Below, in pieces: positions 13,739 to 26,363 of a stretch of DNA of 64,000 nt. The position numbers and the translations under genes are program-made. This stretch comes from Octopus vulgaris. Taxonomy: Eukaryota. The notes below the pieces were generated by a model. It was not told where the DNA came from. It saw nothing but the letters and a program-made list of their open reading frames with translations, and did not search any database. Numbering within the stretch: position 1 is the first letter of the stretch; every line of letters starts with the position of its first letter. The DNA lies in contig OX597816.1 of assembly GCA_951406725.2 (NCBI GenBank), positions 46,748,001-46,812,000 of the forward strand, given 5' to 3'.

Positions 13739-16700
13739 GTAATAAAATTTCAAATTTAAATTATTCAAATTTTCCTTTTTTTCCATTTTCACAGGTATTT
13801 TTTACTCACATTTTTCCTTCCAGTTTCTTCTCCCCTTCTCTCTCTCTCTCTCACACACACACACAGACATACACACTACAAATTAGAAAATTGACTTGAC
13901 AAACCTATAAAGGATGATTTTCAAAGCTTTAACTGTGAATAGTTGACAACTCTTTTATTTATAGACTCAAGTATTGAATACACTGGAGGTAATACTTGTT
14001 AAAGAAAGCATGATAGCAGGAACTGTAGATTCAACACTATGCAGTACTATGATGTCTAGTTTCAGTGCTTGGAGTTAATGTGATAAAAATCATTTCTTAT
14101 GCAAACATTAAAATAATTATCTTCTAGTGTACACTGTCAGTATTAACTATCACATGTATATCACCATCATTTTGCATCCATCTTCCACACTGACCTAGGC
14201 TAGACAGTTCAGTAGGATACGACTGCTCTAAGTCCAACGTCTGCTTTAGCATGGATGCCTTCGTAATACTATTCAATTTACTGTATACTGTGTGCTTTTT
14301 TTTTCATGGCACTAGCACTAGTGGGGGTGCTGTGTAACTTAGAAGATTAAAAACCCTCACCTAAGTGGGAATGTAATAAAGGGTGAGTGGGAAGGAGAGT
14401 GAGATATGGTTAGAGATGTGGTTGGAGGGGAATATAGTGAGTGATGAACAAGGGTGGATGCATGGTCAGTGGAAAAATCTGATGTGTGCAGAAAGGTGAT
14501 AAGAAATAGAAGTGGCTGAGGGAGAGGAGAGGTGATGAGTGGTAGAACAGAAAGAGTGAAAAGTAGTAGAATATATTTAATGTATGTTTGTGCATGCATG
14601 TGCAAGCACAGCTGTGTGGTTCAGAATTTCACTTTGAAACCACTTGGTCAGGGGACTGGTCTCTCTGCATAAATACTGTTAGTTGGTATCATCTACTGTA
14701 GCCATGAGTTGACCCAACACCTCATGATTGAATTGATTAACAGAAAAAGACAGAAGCCCATTTTTTATGTATGTATTTGTGTGTGAATGTGTGAGAGAGT
14801 TCATATTTTCCCTCGTCTTTGCAAGTATGTGTGCTGGCTGTAAATAAAAAGCATTGTCGTTCATGCAAAACAACATCATTTGTTTGTTGCCCTCTGCAAA
14901 ATCCTGTCAAAGTTTTTCAATGTTCAACAGGCTGTGAGATTATTACCTTATTTGGAAATGGGTCAGACTTGATGCTAGAGAAGACATTTGGCCACAGAAA
15001 ACTCTGCTTATTTTTTGACCTGTGTAAATATGGAAAAGTAGATATTAAAATTATATTTATGTACCATGCTGAAACACTCTTACTACTGTGGATAACGTGC
15101 TGCAAGAACACAAATTCAAATATATGAATAAATGTAAAGTGACATTAAAAATATCAAATTTTTAATTTTTAGGAAAATGTTACAATAGATGCAGGCATGG
15201 CTGTCTGAATAGAGTGTTTGCTTCATAAACACTGGGCAGGTGTCTTTTAGAATAGTCTCAGGCTGTAAGTGGAATTGGTAAGCAGAAGTTGTATGGAAGC
15301 ACTGTGTGTACGAATGTTTACAGTTCACTTTTTGTTGCTACCTGTGAAATAGTGACTTGATGTTTATTTTGCTTGTTGACATTATCATCAAATGTTACGT
15401 GTTCTCAAAGACCAGTGGAATGAAGTCTTTTATTTGAAACATTGATAAGGGTCGGTGGCTAGAAGATTAAGACATAAAATGCAAGCTCAAAACAAGTTTC
15501 CATCCAACTCATATTAGTGTGAGAAAGCTGACATAGAATTATAAAATATGAATGAAGTAGATGAAAGCTAATTTAATAAATAAAGAGGAATTAAACGAAT
15601 TGGATGTAGATTTGTGTTATGAGCATTTATTGATTTGCATCATCAAACGTAATTAAGTTTTCTTTCACAAATATGATACTCTGAATTCAATCCTACAATC
15701 TGGTCTCCTCATGACTTCTGAGTGAAAATGTATTTTGGTGGCAACTCCTGAGTTGCCAAAATATAAAATTTTAAAAATCAAAGCCAATGTAATTGAAGTT
15801 GGATACTTACAGCATATATGTACCCTCTTTCCAGCTGTCTCTCGCAGAAATTAAAGATATTAGAATCTGATTCATTACTTGCATCCATATATATATTTTT
15901 GGTATATATTGCATGTCTTGCGATCATGCAGCAATGTCACCGAGTTGTGTGTGTGTATGTTTATGTTTTAAGATTTATAAACAAGTTAAAAAGTAATCAA
16001 TTTATGTGATCTAATGTATTTATTCAATTCGAAACTAATGACTGGGTGGGTTCTCGGCTTCAGATGAACTTTATATATATAAAATCAGTAGTCAGTCAAT
16101 CAGTTTAATCGCTTAGAAAGACCAGCAATTTCATTGGTTTTCAGTGTTGGCTGATACATATAATCTCTTATTCAGTGATACAAGATCACAGATTATTTAT
16201 TCATTTATTTTAAAATTGCTATGCTAATGATGTGACTTCACTAAGTGAAATCATAAAAAAAGATTTACTGAGAGGCAAATTTTCGTTATTTCACTCTCAT
16301 TCAAGCTTGCGTCCATCCTATCATCTTTTAAAGAATATTATCGCCAGACTTTCGTTATCTCATACATTCATTGATCTTTTTTTTAGATGGTAGGTTGATA
16401 ATTAAGAGATTTGGTTGCTGTTTTTGGCAGTTTTAATAACTGTGCAGAAACACGTTTTACTCGTGGAAAATTATTTTAACTAAATTGGTCTAATTTATAC
16501 TTTCACACTCAAAATATGCTACCTTGGATAAGACTTGATTGGATGGTGACTTCTTAAATTTAAATTAAAGTGAATTATAGAGTAATTTTAGGGATGTATT
16601 TTATTATCCAGTGCTTTAGTTGTCATCAAACTAATGCAGGTGATTAATTAATGACCACACAGGATTATAGATTCACTTTAGCAATGTTATCAAACACGTG

Positions 16701-16809
16701 TCACTTGAAGTCAGGTAAGTAGTTTAAATATTTCATATATTTATATTATCATAATTTTTATTTGTATGATTTTATTTTTTCCTCTTCTTTAATTTTTTGC
16801 CTCTCCTAT

Positions 16810-17210
16810 ATATCACAGGACACACGGGACATATTTTCCCCGGTATCCACACAGCATATATGATACACATTCCCATTTCTTTTAACCACTAGACTATTTG
16901 AAATCATAATTCTCCAGGTTATTGACCCCAACTGTATATTTACACTGCATATCAATTGGTTTGGATATTTGGTCACCTACAGGTTTCTTATTCCTGGTTA
17001 TGTTCATTGTTCCAGACTGAATTGAATATAGGAATCTTTATTTCTAAACCAATGGTAGTGTTGTCTTTATCCACTCTGTCACTGTAGCTTTACATTTATT
17101 TAGAAATAAAAGTTCTGGATTCAGACTGTGCATCTGGGACCATAAACATAACCAGAAATAACATAACTGATGAGGATCAGAGACCAAACTGATTGAGACC
17201 TATTTTATAT
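16810..17210 (+). mobile_element. Degenerate Penelope-like 3' remnant (GIY-YIG C-terminus-like peptides and decayed hammerhead)
   Basis: Broken peptides SPVSTQH, FEIIILQVIDP and KFWIQTVHLG, followed by CTGATGAg-gatcag/ctgatt-GAGAC. Confidence 0.3.
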
Positions 17211-17613
17211 AAATATTGTAAACATGCAGGGTGATCCAGAAGTCCATTCAGCATTAATATAAATCAAGCAACAAATAACATCAGCTGAATTTCTTAATAT
17301 TTGTCATTAGTTTTAGCAATGGCTATTCCAGTTGTTCAATTACTGGAACTTATTTTCTCATTTAAGTGACTGGATATTCTACACCATTTTTCTCATCTGC
17401 CTGTTTTCAGTCAGAAAACTTGGTTGACCCATGACTGTGGTGAAAGCCATTTCCCAGAGTACTATTCTGTAAGATTGAACTTAAGACCTCATGATTGCAA
17501 AGTTAATCATGCTTTAAACTATTTTTGATTTTTAAAAATTTATTTTTTGCTTGTTTAATCAAAAATAGAACTGTAAGACACCATTTTAGACATTGTTCTT
17601 TCTCATTTTTCAG

Positions 17614-17801
17614 GATTGCTGTATCAGTGGGAGAAGTTGCGTGCCCTGGCAGTGGAGCGTCAGAGCCAGTGCCGAGAACTGTGCCAAATTAATGCAAGCC
17701 TCATGACAGTTTACAACTGGCTACATGAGTTGTCAACCCTCATTAAAAAAGAACAGTTCAAAGGCTTAGCTGACGCACAACAAAACATCAAAATTACACA
17801 G
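17614..17801 (+). CDS. KASH-domain gene exon (phase 1-0), spectrin-repeat-like helix
   Basis: tttttcag| acceptor, cag|gtcagt donor. 188 nt: GLLYQWEKLRALAVERQSQCREL...VYNWLHEL...ITQ. The W-x-x-L...RQ and WL patterns are typical of spectrin repeats. Confidence 0.9.
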
Positions 17802-19641
17802 GTCAGTCACTGGAATAAGTTAAAAAGAATTTTATTATCATTAATCTTGCAATAATTTTTATAAAACAATTTTTCATTGTGAAAGAAACCATTCTTGTCA
17901 TCTAAAAACACAACTGTTTTCTAGTCATTGACTCAGTTTCACTTCAATCTTGAAGTAACAGTGACTAGGTCACTGACCTGTAACAAAAATTTTAACATTC
18001 AAGGAATAAATGGAAAGTAAATATAAATAGTGTTGTGTGCTTTAAATGGCTAAAATAGCTCTTCCATGATGTAATTTCTTCTGTCTGAATACGTGGTTTC
18101 AGATCAAGTCACATAGTGGATTCCTTGACTTTTATTAAGCTTTTTCAGAAATATGAGAAGAGTTATTTTGATTTAACACAAAATGCTTTTGCTAGAGGAG
18201 AAATTAGAATTGATTGATTTGTATGTGTGTGTGTGTGTGTGTGTAAAAACAACAAATTCCTCACTATTCACTCACAGAAAGTTACGTATTTAGTGTCTGT
18301 AGCTATTTCCATACCATGATTTCATGCATCTTGCATTGTAGCCAACGGCTACAACAAAGCAAAACAGTAATGTCTTTACATTGGCTTATCAGAAAACTCA
18401 TTTAAGAACTCATATCAGTATATTAGTCTATGCATAGTTTATCTTGTACAGAGTCAGCGCCATACAATAATAATTCCAAATAGTGCAGTTTATGTTTGAC
18501 TGTGCAGTTTATGTTTGACTGAGCAGTATCATATTATAAACCACCCAACACCAATAATGAACAGAAAATTGGTGCTAATATTGAATTATAGTAGGCAACC
18601 TGAAATTTTTGCTATCTCAATTGGGACAACAAATAGAGCACTTGTGACATCATACACAACATGACATGCCACTGCTTTGTTTTTCACTTCATCTACAACA
18701 TTCCACTATGTTCAAATTTCATGGGTACTGGCACAAAACAATGGTATGAAAGTAGCTAACGATTTGTGTGTGTATTGCATATATAGGTGCTGGTGTGGGT
18801 GTGTGGTAAGAAGTTTGCTTCCCAACCATGTAGTTCTATGTGGCACCTTGGGCAAGTGTCTTTGTACTATAGCCTCAAGCTGACCAAAACCTTGTGAGAA
18901 GATTTGGTAGACAGAAACTGAAAGAGGCCTATCATGTGAATGTGTGTGTATCGCCGTTTGTCCTCCGCTACCACCTGACAACAATGTAACTTAGCAGTAA
19001 GACAAAAATACCAGGGTTTAAAAAATAGAATAAGTCCTGGAGTCAATTTCTGTAACTAAAATTCTTCAAGGTTGTGTCCCAGCATGGCTGCTATCTAATG
19101 ACTGAAATAAGTAAACAATATATTTATACTTTCTACTGTGTGTCTTAATTTCAAGTTATAGAGTTTTCCCTTTTAATACATATCTCAATGGGCATCTATG
19201 ATGTTTTCCACTATAACCTTGTCGTTCACAACCTGGTTGGTGAAAGCCTGAAATTGAACTAATTTTCTTTTTAGCCTCAGGCATTTTCACGTGTTTCACC
19301 TGAAGAGCAAGCTACTTTCTCAGTTTTTCACTAATGACTTTAATCTCATCATACTGGATTGATTAGCACAGCTATTCTAGATAATCCCTCACCGCTTCAT
19401 TCAACCTATATTGTTTCAATGTTACTTGTGCTGCTGCTATTACTACTAATAATAATAATAAACAGTATTCATTTGTTTTATTTTTATCATTAATTCATTC
19501 ATTATCAGAAGCATTATTGACTTTTTGGCTGTTGTTTTTGTTTTTAAATTTTACTTTTTATATGTCTTTTCAAAAAAGAAAGACATTTTATTTTTCTGAA
19601 ACAATCATAGTAAATAGCTAATGTCTGTTTTATTCTTACAG

Positions 19642-19796
19642 GAAAAGCAAGCCTTATTTGAAGAAAAAATGTCTACACTGAATGAATTAAAGGAATCAGT
19701 GCTCTCCTTTAAAGAGCAGCACCCAACCATAAGTGTTGAAGGTTTCCTCATGAAGATAGGGAAATGCATGACTGAGTTAAATTCTCTAAGAGACAA
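19642..19796 (+). CDS. KASH-domain gene exon (phase 0-2)
   Basis: ttcttacag| acceptor, aa|gtacgt donor. 155 nt: EKQALFEEKMSTLNELKESVLSFKEQHPTISVEGFLMKIGKCMTELNSLRD-K. Confidence 0.88.
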
Positions 19797-21129
19797 GTAC
19801 GTTTTACTGCTTAATTTTACTTGACTCTAACATTTGATTTTTTTCTTCAATTTTGACCGTTGCATCTCTGGAAAATTTATTCTAATGATGATGGCCACTG
19901 TGATGATTATGACAATAAGAGCACTATCTCTTGATGCTGTTTAGAAGATGGAAGAGTACAATTTGAGAGAGATTTGTCAGCTTGATATTTTGTTGAGTTA
20001 GGCAACATTGGGGGTAATAGAGTGACTTAAGTGTGAGATTGGCAATCCATATTCATGATCATAAATCACATTCCAGATAATATATTTCAATGTTTCCATT
20101 AATCAAACACCAATGTTTTACATTGCTTCTGTCTTGACTTCACCTGAAAATTATTTAGTGCTAAGGTCAATCATCTTTCAAAAGAATACAAGAATATATG
20201 TCAGTCTAAGTGGAGATGGAATACATGCAACTATAAGTGTAAACAATTGGTAGTTTATGCTGGAAATATATATATTTATATATATATATATATATGTGTG
20301 TGTAATATGTGTATATAAATATATATATTATGTGTATATAAATATGATTGTGAAACAATGGCTAGAATTTTTTGCTCATGATCATAGTTGCAGATTCAAT
20401 TATTCAACTAGGCAGCGCATTGTGTTCTTCAGCAAAGCACTTCATTTCACCTTACTCCAGTTTGCTCAATTGCAAATGAATACCAGCCTAATAGTGGTGC
20501 AGCTCTCTTTCCCTCCATCTGTCTCATCATGAATGTACCACTGGGTCAAGATTAAAAGGGCCAGGAAGTTGCCTACAAAGGCACCTAAAACAGCAAAAGC
20601 ATGGTATTATATGTGAACAAGTCATATTCAGTTACAAGTGATGGCTGGCTGTACTTACATATGATATTCTTTTCTACTCTAGGCACAGGGCCTGAAATTT
20701 TTAGGGAGGGGCCAGTCGATTAGATAGACCCCAGTGCACAACTGGTACTTAATTTATCGACCCCCAAAAGGATGAAAGGCAAAGTTGACCTTGACAGAAT
20801 TTAAACTCAAAACATAAACAGACGAAAAGTGGAAAGCTGGTAGAATTATTTGCATATTAAACAATATACTAAGAAGCAGTTCTTCTGGCTTTTTATGTTC
20901 AAATTTTGCTGAGATTGTCTTCACCTTTTGTCCCTTCAAGAGTTGAGAAAGTAAGTACCAGTTGAGCACTGAGTCAAACGCAATTGACTTCACTTTCCCA
21001 TCAAAACTGCTGGCCTTGACCCAAAACTATAATATTTCTTCTCCTCTGAAAACTTTAATATGAAGCACTGGTGCAAAATACTAATACAATGTTTATATTA
21101 AATTAACACTAATTTCTTGTATTTTTTAG

Positions 21130-21307
21130 ATGTGCTACAAAACTTCTTCTGTTACAAAAGTACTTATTAGTATGGTATGAGTACAATGAGACCAAGAAAG
21201 AACTAGACCATATGCTGAGGCAGCAACGGCAGCAGTTGGATTGCATAGTCTATCATTTAGAGGTGGATTTACCAAAACATCAACCCAATGTGCAGAATGA
21301 TTTGAGA
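21130..21307 (+). CDS. KASH-domain gene exon (phase 2-0)
   Basis: atttttttag| acceptor, aga|gtgagt donor. 178 nt: CATKLLLLQKYLLVWYEYNETKKELDHMLRQQRQQLDCIVYHLEVDLPKHQPNVQNDLR. Not in the supplied ORF track. Confidence 0.88.
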
Positions 21308-22063
21308 GTGAGTGTTTGTTTTTACTTTATCCCAAATATCCTTTGATTTTTTTTTTTTTTTTTTTTTATCATTTTCTTTTTGTCTTTAGAAATAAATATT
21401 TTAAAGCATAAAATACATTTCTCTATCTGCCTCGGTCAACTTGGTTGAAAATAAAATAGGTGCCTCTTCTATTTCCTGTAAAGAACCATAAAAATGTAGA
21501 TTTTCAAAAAAAAAAAAATGAATGCAACTATCTGAACTTCCAGCAATGAACATATAGAAAGGCGTACAAAAAAAAAATGGAGGAGAAATAAGGAAATATA
21601 ATTTAGATCAATAAGAAGTGAGAGCTGAGCTTTGAATCTACAAGTGGCTAAATTAACGTGGTTTGGGTAGCCATAACAATATGTCTGATAGCTCAGCAAC
21701 TTAACGTACAAAGACCAGTGGAGTATCTTACTTAAAAATCAGGAATTGGCATCAAGATGGGCATCTTGCCATAGAATATAGCTTCAAAAAAATCTCGTCC
21801 AATTCATGATGGCATGGAAAAAGTGGAAGTAAAAAACTATGATGACGATACTCATGTTCTGCTTATTTATCAAATGTTGATGATTGGTGGCAGCAGACAC
21901 ACAAAATGGAAAGAGCTGGAATATATTTGAAATAATAAGAGATAAATGAACAGTTACAAATTATATTGATATAATTAAGTAAATTACGATACATGTAAAC
22001 AACATATTTCTTGTGTTAGTATCTTCCTTTTAATTTTTGATTTTATTTTCTTTTATTATTTAG

Positions 22064-22398
22064 GCTGTCCAGAAAAGCTTGAGTCTCTGCCAAGAAAAAC
22101 TTGACCAACTGCAATCTTACCGCCTCCAGTTGATCTGCTATTTGGACCGCTCAGCTTGTGCCGGCATTTCTGCTGATTATTCTGAATATCGAAGTCTGCT
22201 GTTTGCTATTAAACAGCAGTGTCAAAAATCTATTGCCAAGGCAGCTCGGCTCAACTCAAACAGGGCTGGTAAACCTGCTCGTATTGAACAGGCAAGCAAC
22301 AATGGTTCGTTAGGCAGAGGTCGCTCCCTTGTGTTTCCTTCCCATATCACTCCTACATCTACTACTACTGACTTGGCTAAAGAGGAAACAAATATCAG
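22064..22398 (+). CDS. KASH-domain gene penultimate exon (phase 0-2)
   Basis: T-rich tract + ttag| acceptor, ag|gtgact donor. 335 nt: AVQKSLSLCQEKLDQLQSYRLQL...DLAKEETNI-R. Confidence 0.88.
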
Positions 22399-23015
22399 GT
22401 GACTTTTGCATTTTTTTTGTCTTTTTATTTTATCAATTTTTTTTTTCTTTGCCAAACTTTATGGTTATATTTGTTCAGCAAATTATAGAATTTGATTTAT
22501 TCCTGTTCATCTTTAACCCTTTAGCATTTAAACTAACCATATATGGCCCAATTTTATATTCAAACCAGCCAAATCCAACTTTTCACACCAACCCTCATCT
22601 CCAACACCATCTATCTCTCTATCTTTATCTCTTTCTCTCCTTCTCTCCTCTCTTTTCCAACTGAGATAGCCAAGTATCTCCCCTAACTTTATCGGTCTGT
22701 TATACTCTAACCTCTCATCTGGCACAAAACCACTTTCCAGGGTACCAGTCAAGTACTAGGATTGATATAATTAACTAACTTATCCCTCATTTATGGTTTT
22801 ATACCTATGTTATAAACTGATAATAATTGTTAGCACATTATGCTGAGTTTTACCATGGTTAACTTTGCCATTTATTCTTTGAGATTTAAGTACTGGGATC
22901 AATATCACAATCTAACCCCTCTCTCTAAAATTACTAACCTTGTGCCAAAATTTGAAACTACTACTATTATTATTATTATTATTGTTTAATATTATTGTTT
23001 CTATTATTGTTTCAG

Positions 23016-23214
23016 AAGTGAAAATGGAACTCCGACTTCGGCAGTTCCCAGAACTACATCATCTAACTTTCAAAATACAATGCAAGGGCTGGTGCTTGTC
23101 TGTGCAGCAGGACTTGCTTATATGGCAGACCCTGAAGCTCTTGAGAAGCTAATCAGCTTCTCGATCCAGTTGAATCCCGAGTTAAGATACATCAATGGTG
23201 CACCACCTATTTGA
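23016..23214 (+). CDS. KASH-domain gene terminal exon: transmembrane segment and luminal KASH peptide
   Basis: tttcag| acceptor (phase 2). RSENGTPTSAVPRTTSSNFQNTMQGLVLVCAAGLAYMADPEALEKLISFSIQLNPELRYINGAPPI*. The C-terminal P-x-L-R-Y-x-N-G-x-P-P-x* matches the KASH signature. The eight exons sum to 1473 nt (490 aa + stop) with all phases consistent. Confidence 0.92.
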
Positions 23215-23314
23215 GGCCCCTATAAAAAAGTTTTGTGTTCAATGATATCTACCCCCATTTTACTACAAAATATTGCAACAATTTTTGTTGTTATGGCTTA
23301 AAATTTTTCTATTC

Positions 23315-23732
23315 ATGATCAACACTTACTGGTACCGATTCATTTTCCAGTGGGAATATGGTGAGGGGCACTATTCAGCAGTACAATAATGTCAAGAGTA
23401 AAACAAAATGAATTCATCCAAATTTTAAATTTCCAAGATTTTAAAAACAATAACAAAGAAACGTCACAAATCAGTTTTGATTTATCAACATTTTCCAAAT
23501 TAACAGGAAAAAAAATTTGTTTATTTTTGGCTTTATTGAACGAAGATGAAAAAGAAAAATTGGACAAAACAATAATGTATTTTGAATTTTTTGGCTCTAA
23601 CCGTGATTTCATGTTTTACGACAAGGATTTGATGCTGTTTAATTTAACAAAACAGTCAAAGTATTGCTGAATAGATATCCTTTTGTGAGGTGGATTTCAG
23701 GTAGCTTCTCCATACCAGTAAGTGTTGTTCAT
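23315..23732 (+). other. Nested inverted repeats (long-range RNA duplex) enclosing a 93-aa ORF (23389-23670)
   Basis: caacacttactggta (23320-23334) / taccagtaagtgttg (23713-23727) form a perfect 15-bp pair. ctattcagcagtac (23371-23384) / gtattgctgaatag (23661-23674) form a 14-bp pair with one G-U. Confidence 0.7.
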
Positions 23733-23797
23733 AGCAATTTTATTTAACCCTCGTTTCTAACTAGCTTTGTGTGAAATTTAGGCTGTGTAAAATTCAC

Positions 23798-23830
<33 letters not shown>

Positions 23831-24821
23831 CATATATAAAATCTCAAAACATGAAATTTAGTAACGAAACCAACACAGCTCAACAAAGTATAGTTGGCTA
23901 TATACAGTATTTAAAAATAGGCTGGAACCAATATATATATATCTATACATTTATTCAAATTTAGATGAAGGCTTTGATTTAAGCAGTGTTCTCTTCCAAT
24001 ATATATATATATAAATATATATATATAAAATCATTTAACACTGGTTGGAAGTTTATTGTGAAAGTTTTTTACATCTAGTTGTGCCTATTTTTTTTAATAT
24101 TTCTCTCTCTAAAATAAATTAGAGGGTTTTACATTGCATTGAAATGTTCGGCTAATAAAGTGACATTGTTCATTTGGATGGAATTATTCTTGGGCAATGT
24201 TTTTATTTATTTAAATCCGTTTCTGGATTTCAAAAGTCAGAAATTTATTTTTTTTAAATGCTTCTGTGGAGCAGAATTTTGGATTGTAGAGAATAAAGAA
24301 TAATATTTATTTTGTAAAATTATAATTGACAAAAACTGATCTGAACTACTGTTAAGTGACATTTTGATTTCAGTATTTTTTTTTTTTACCTGTATTTATA
24401 TATTTTAGCTTTAATTTATTATTTTTTTAATTTATACGTTTTTTTTTTTTTTCAAATAAAATTTTAAATGTATTAAGTATACAAATTCTATTTATACATT
24501 TAATTCGATATTATTGGGGGTTCCTTTCCAATCCCTTTTCCTTTACATTGTCTCCCTATTCAATTAATTTATAATAATTCTGATACACATAAAACTGTAT
24601 TCCTGTATAATTCTGCTTCAGACCCCAGGAATGAGTTTGAATCTTAGTTTACAGTTGATATAATTCAGTTTGATTATAGAATACTCACATGGAACCGAGA
24701 AGTGATAAGGATTTAAATTCCAACATGTAGGGCATAATATTTCCCTTTTCTCTTGGAGAAAAAACAGTGTGGGGCTGGAACATTGCAAGTTTAAACAAGG
24801 TTTGTAATCTACATTGTTTAA

Positions 24822-25040
24822 ACCTTTGGCATTTAAACCGGCCATATCCGGCCAAAAGTATTCTGCCTGTTTTATGTTCAAACTGGCCAGATCTGGTCTC
24901 TCACACCAACCCTACAATATCGTTTTAAAAATTAACAGCTACCTCATTAAAATCTCATAGCTACAAGATAATGCACGATTAGTTCAAACAATGTGGATAA
25001 AAAACATTAATTTTGGCAGAATAATGCAAACACAAAAGGG
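24822..25040. mobile_element. piggyBac-like MITE (other copies at about 4606-5040 split by a SINE, 6232-6440, 38800-39024, 54790-54970; related family 12474-12655, 55364-55585)
   Basis: TTAA on both flanks, (c)cctttggca...caaaaggg termini, and shared internal ggccagatctgg and ccggccatatccgg motifs among copies. Confidence 0.7.
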
Positions 25041-25731
25041 TTAAATATTATCAGCCTGCTTCCAAGGAGAAAACTAGTTTTTTATGATTAGTTGAGAATA
25101 TTCTTTAACACAAGTTGAAAGATATAGACCTTGGATTTAATGGCACGAATTAAACATTGTTTATCAGGTTAACCAAATTTACCATGATGTAAGATTTTCT
25201 TATTTTATTGGTGATGAAAACAAAAGGAAACACACCGTCAACTGCAGTATTATGACACTTGCTATGGGACCAGAATATTGAGTTGGTAATGTTAGTGGGA
25301 AATCTGGTTACGTAATTACATGAAATGTTTCAAAGCATGATATTGGAGCAAATTTAAGAGGACAGCAAATTTGTTGGCTCTTCCAAAATTCTGTAGTCAT
25401 TTCAAGACTAGAATTCAATAAGACACTGTAACCTTTCTTGGAATTCCCATGACTGTCATGATCTGATTAGTGAACATTATGAAAAAAAAAGTTTTATATT
25501 TTATTTTTTTTTAATAGAAATCTTACATTGCCTTTGTATACAATTGCCTTGTGTTGGCTTTGCTTAAAATGGTCAAGTGGAGATTACTAGAATACACTAG
25601 GGGCTTGCTAGCAATAGCCATTATGTCAAGTCCTGTCAGAGACTGCCAAAACTGTAAACACCCCTGCCCTCAATTCCTCCCCCATCACACCTTTTGCCCT
25701 TCCCTATTGGGGGGGGGGGCTTCCTGGCCTT

Positions 25732-25763
<32 letters not shown>

Positions 25764-26332
25764 CAAATGTTATTTTAATTCCCTTTTAAAAATGATTGAC
25801 CTTATGAAAGAAGTTATATTTATAAACTCAGAGATGAACCATGATTAGAGGTTCGTGAAACCTCTATTCATGGTTCTGATAAATCTTAATATGACGAGTG
25901 ACGCCAGTTTGATCAGTACTTTTTTTTTTTTTGACAGTCGTTAACTTAATCGTGATCAAATTTGATTGATAAGTAAAGGAAATTAGGTGAAGCTTGTATT
26001 TGCTTATCCATATACACTGTCACACTCCAAAGGAAGTATGTTGGGAGTGACAATGTATGCATACATGTACACACTCAGAAATGTATGTGTATGCATATAT
26101 ATATACACACATCTGACACATTCCTCTATGTGGGTTATATATATGTTTTGTATGTATGGCAGTATATGTAAATGCTCATATACACACTAAGTTATGTGTG
26201 GCTACATACACTTGTACTTATACAAAACTGATATCCAGAAATGGATTTGAAATGGCATGTGAATAAATATCCATGCACAAATCCTGCTTAACTATATGCA
26301 TGCATGTGAGTGTATGTGTGTAGATACATCAT

Positions 26333-26363
<31 letters not shown>

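Noticed and set aside
23212-23388. Stop-codon readthrough or editing from KASH into the in-frame 93-aa ORF
   Set aside because: Three in-frame stops intervene (TGA 23212, TAA 23299, TGA 23362) and the TGA-G context is not readthrough-prone.
23340-23612. 90-aa antisense ORF overlapping the stem-enclosed ORF
   Set aside because: Its boundaries do not align with the stems and the composition is unremarkable. It is more likely a shadow of the + strand ORF.
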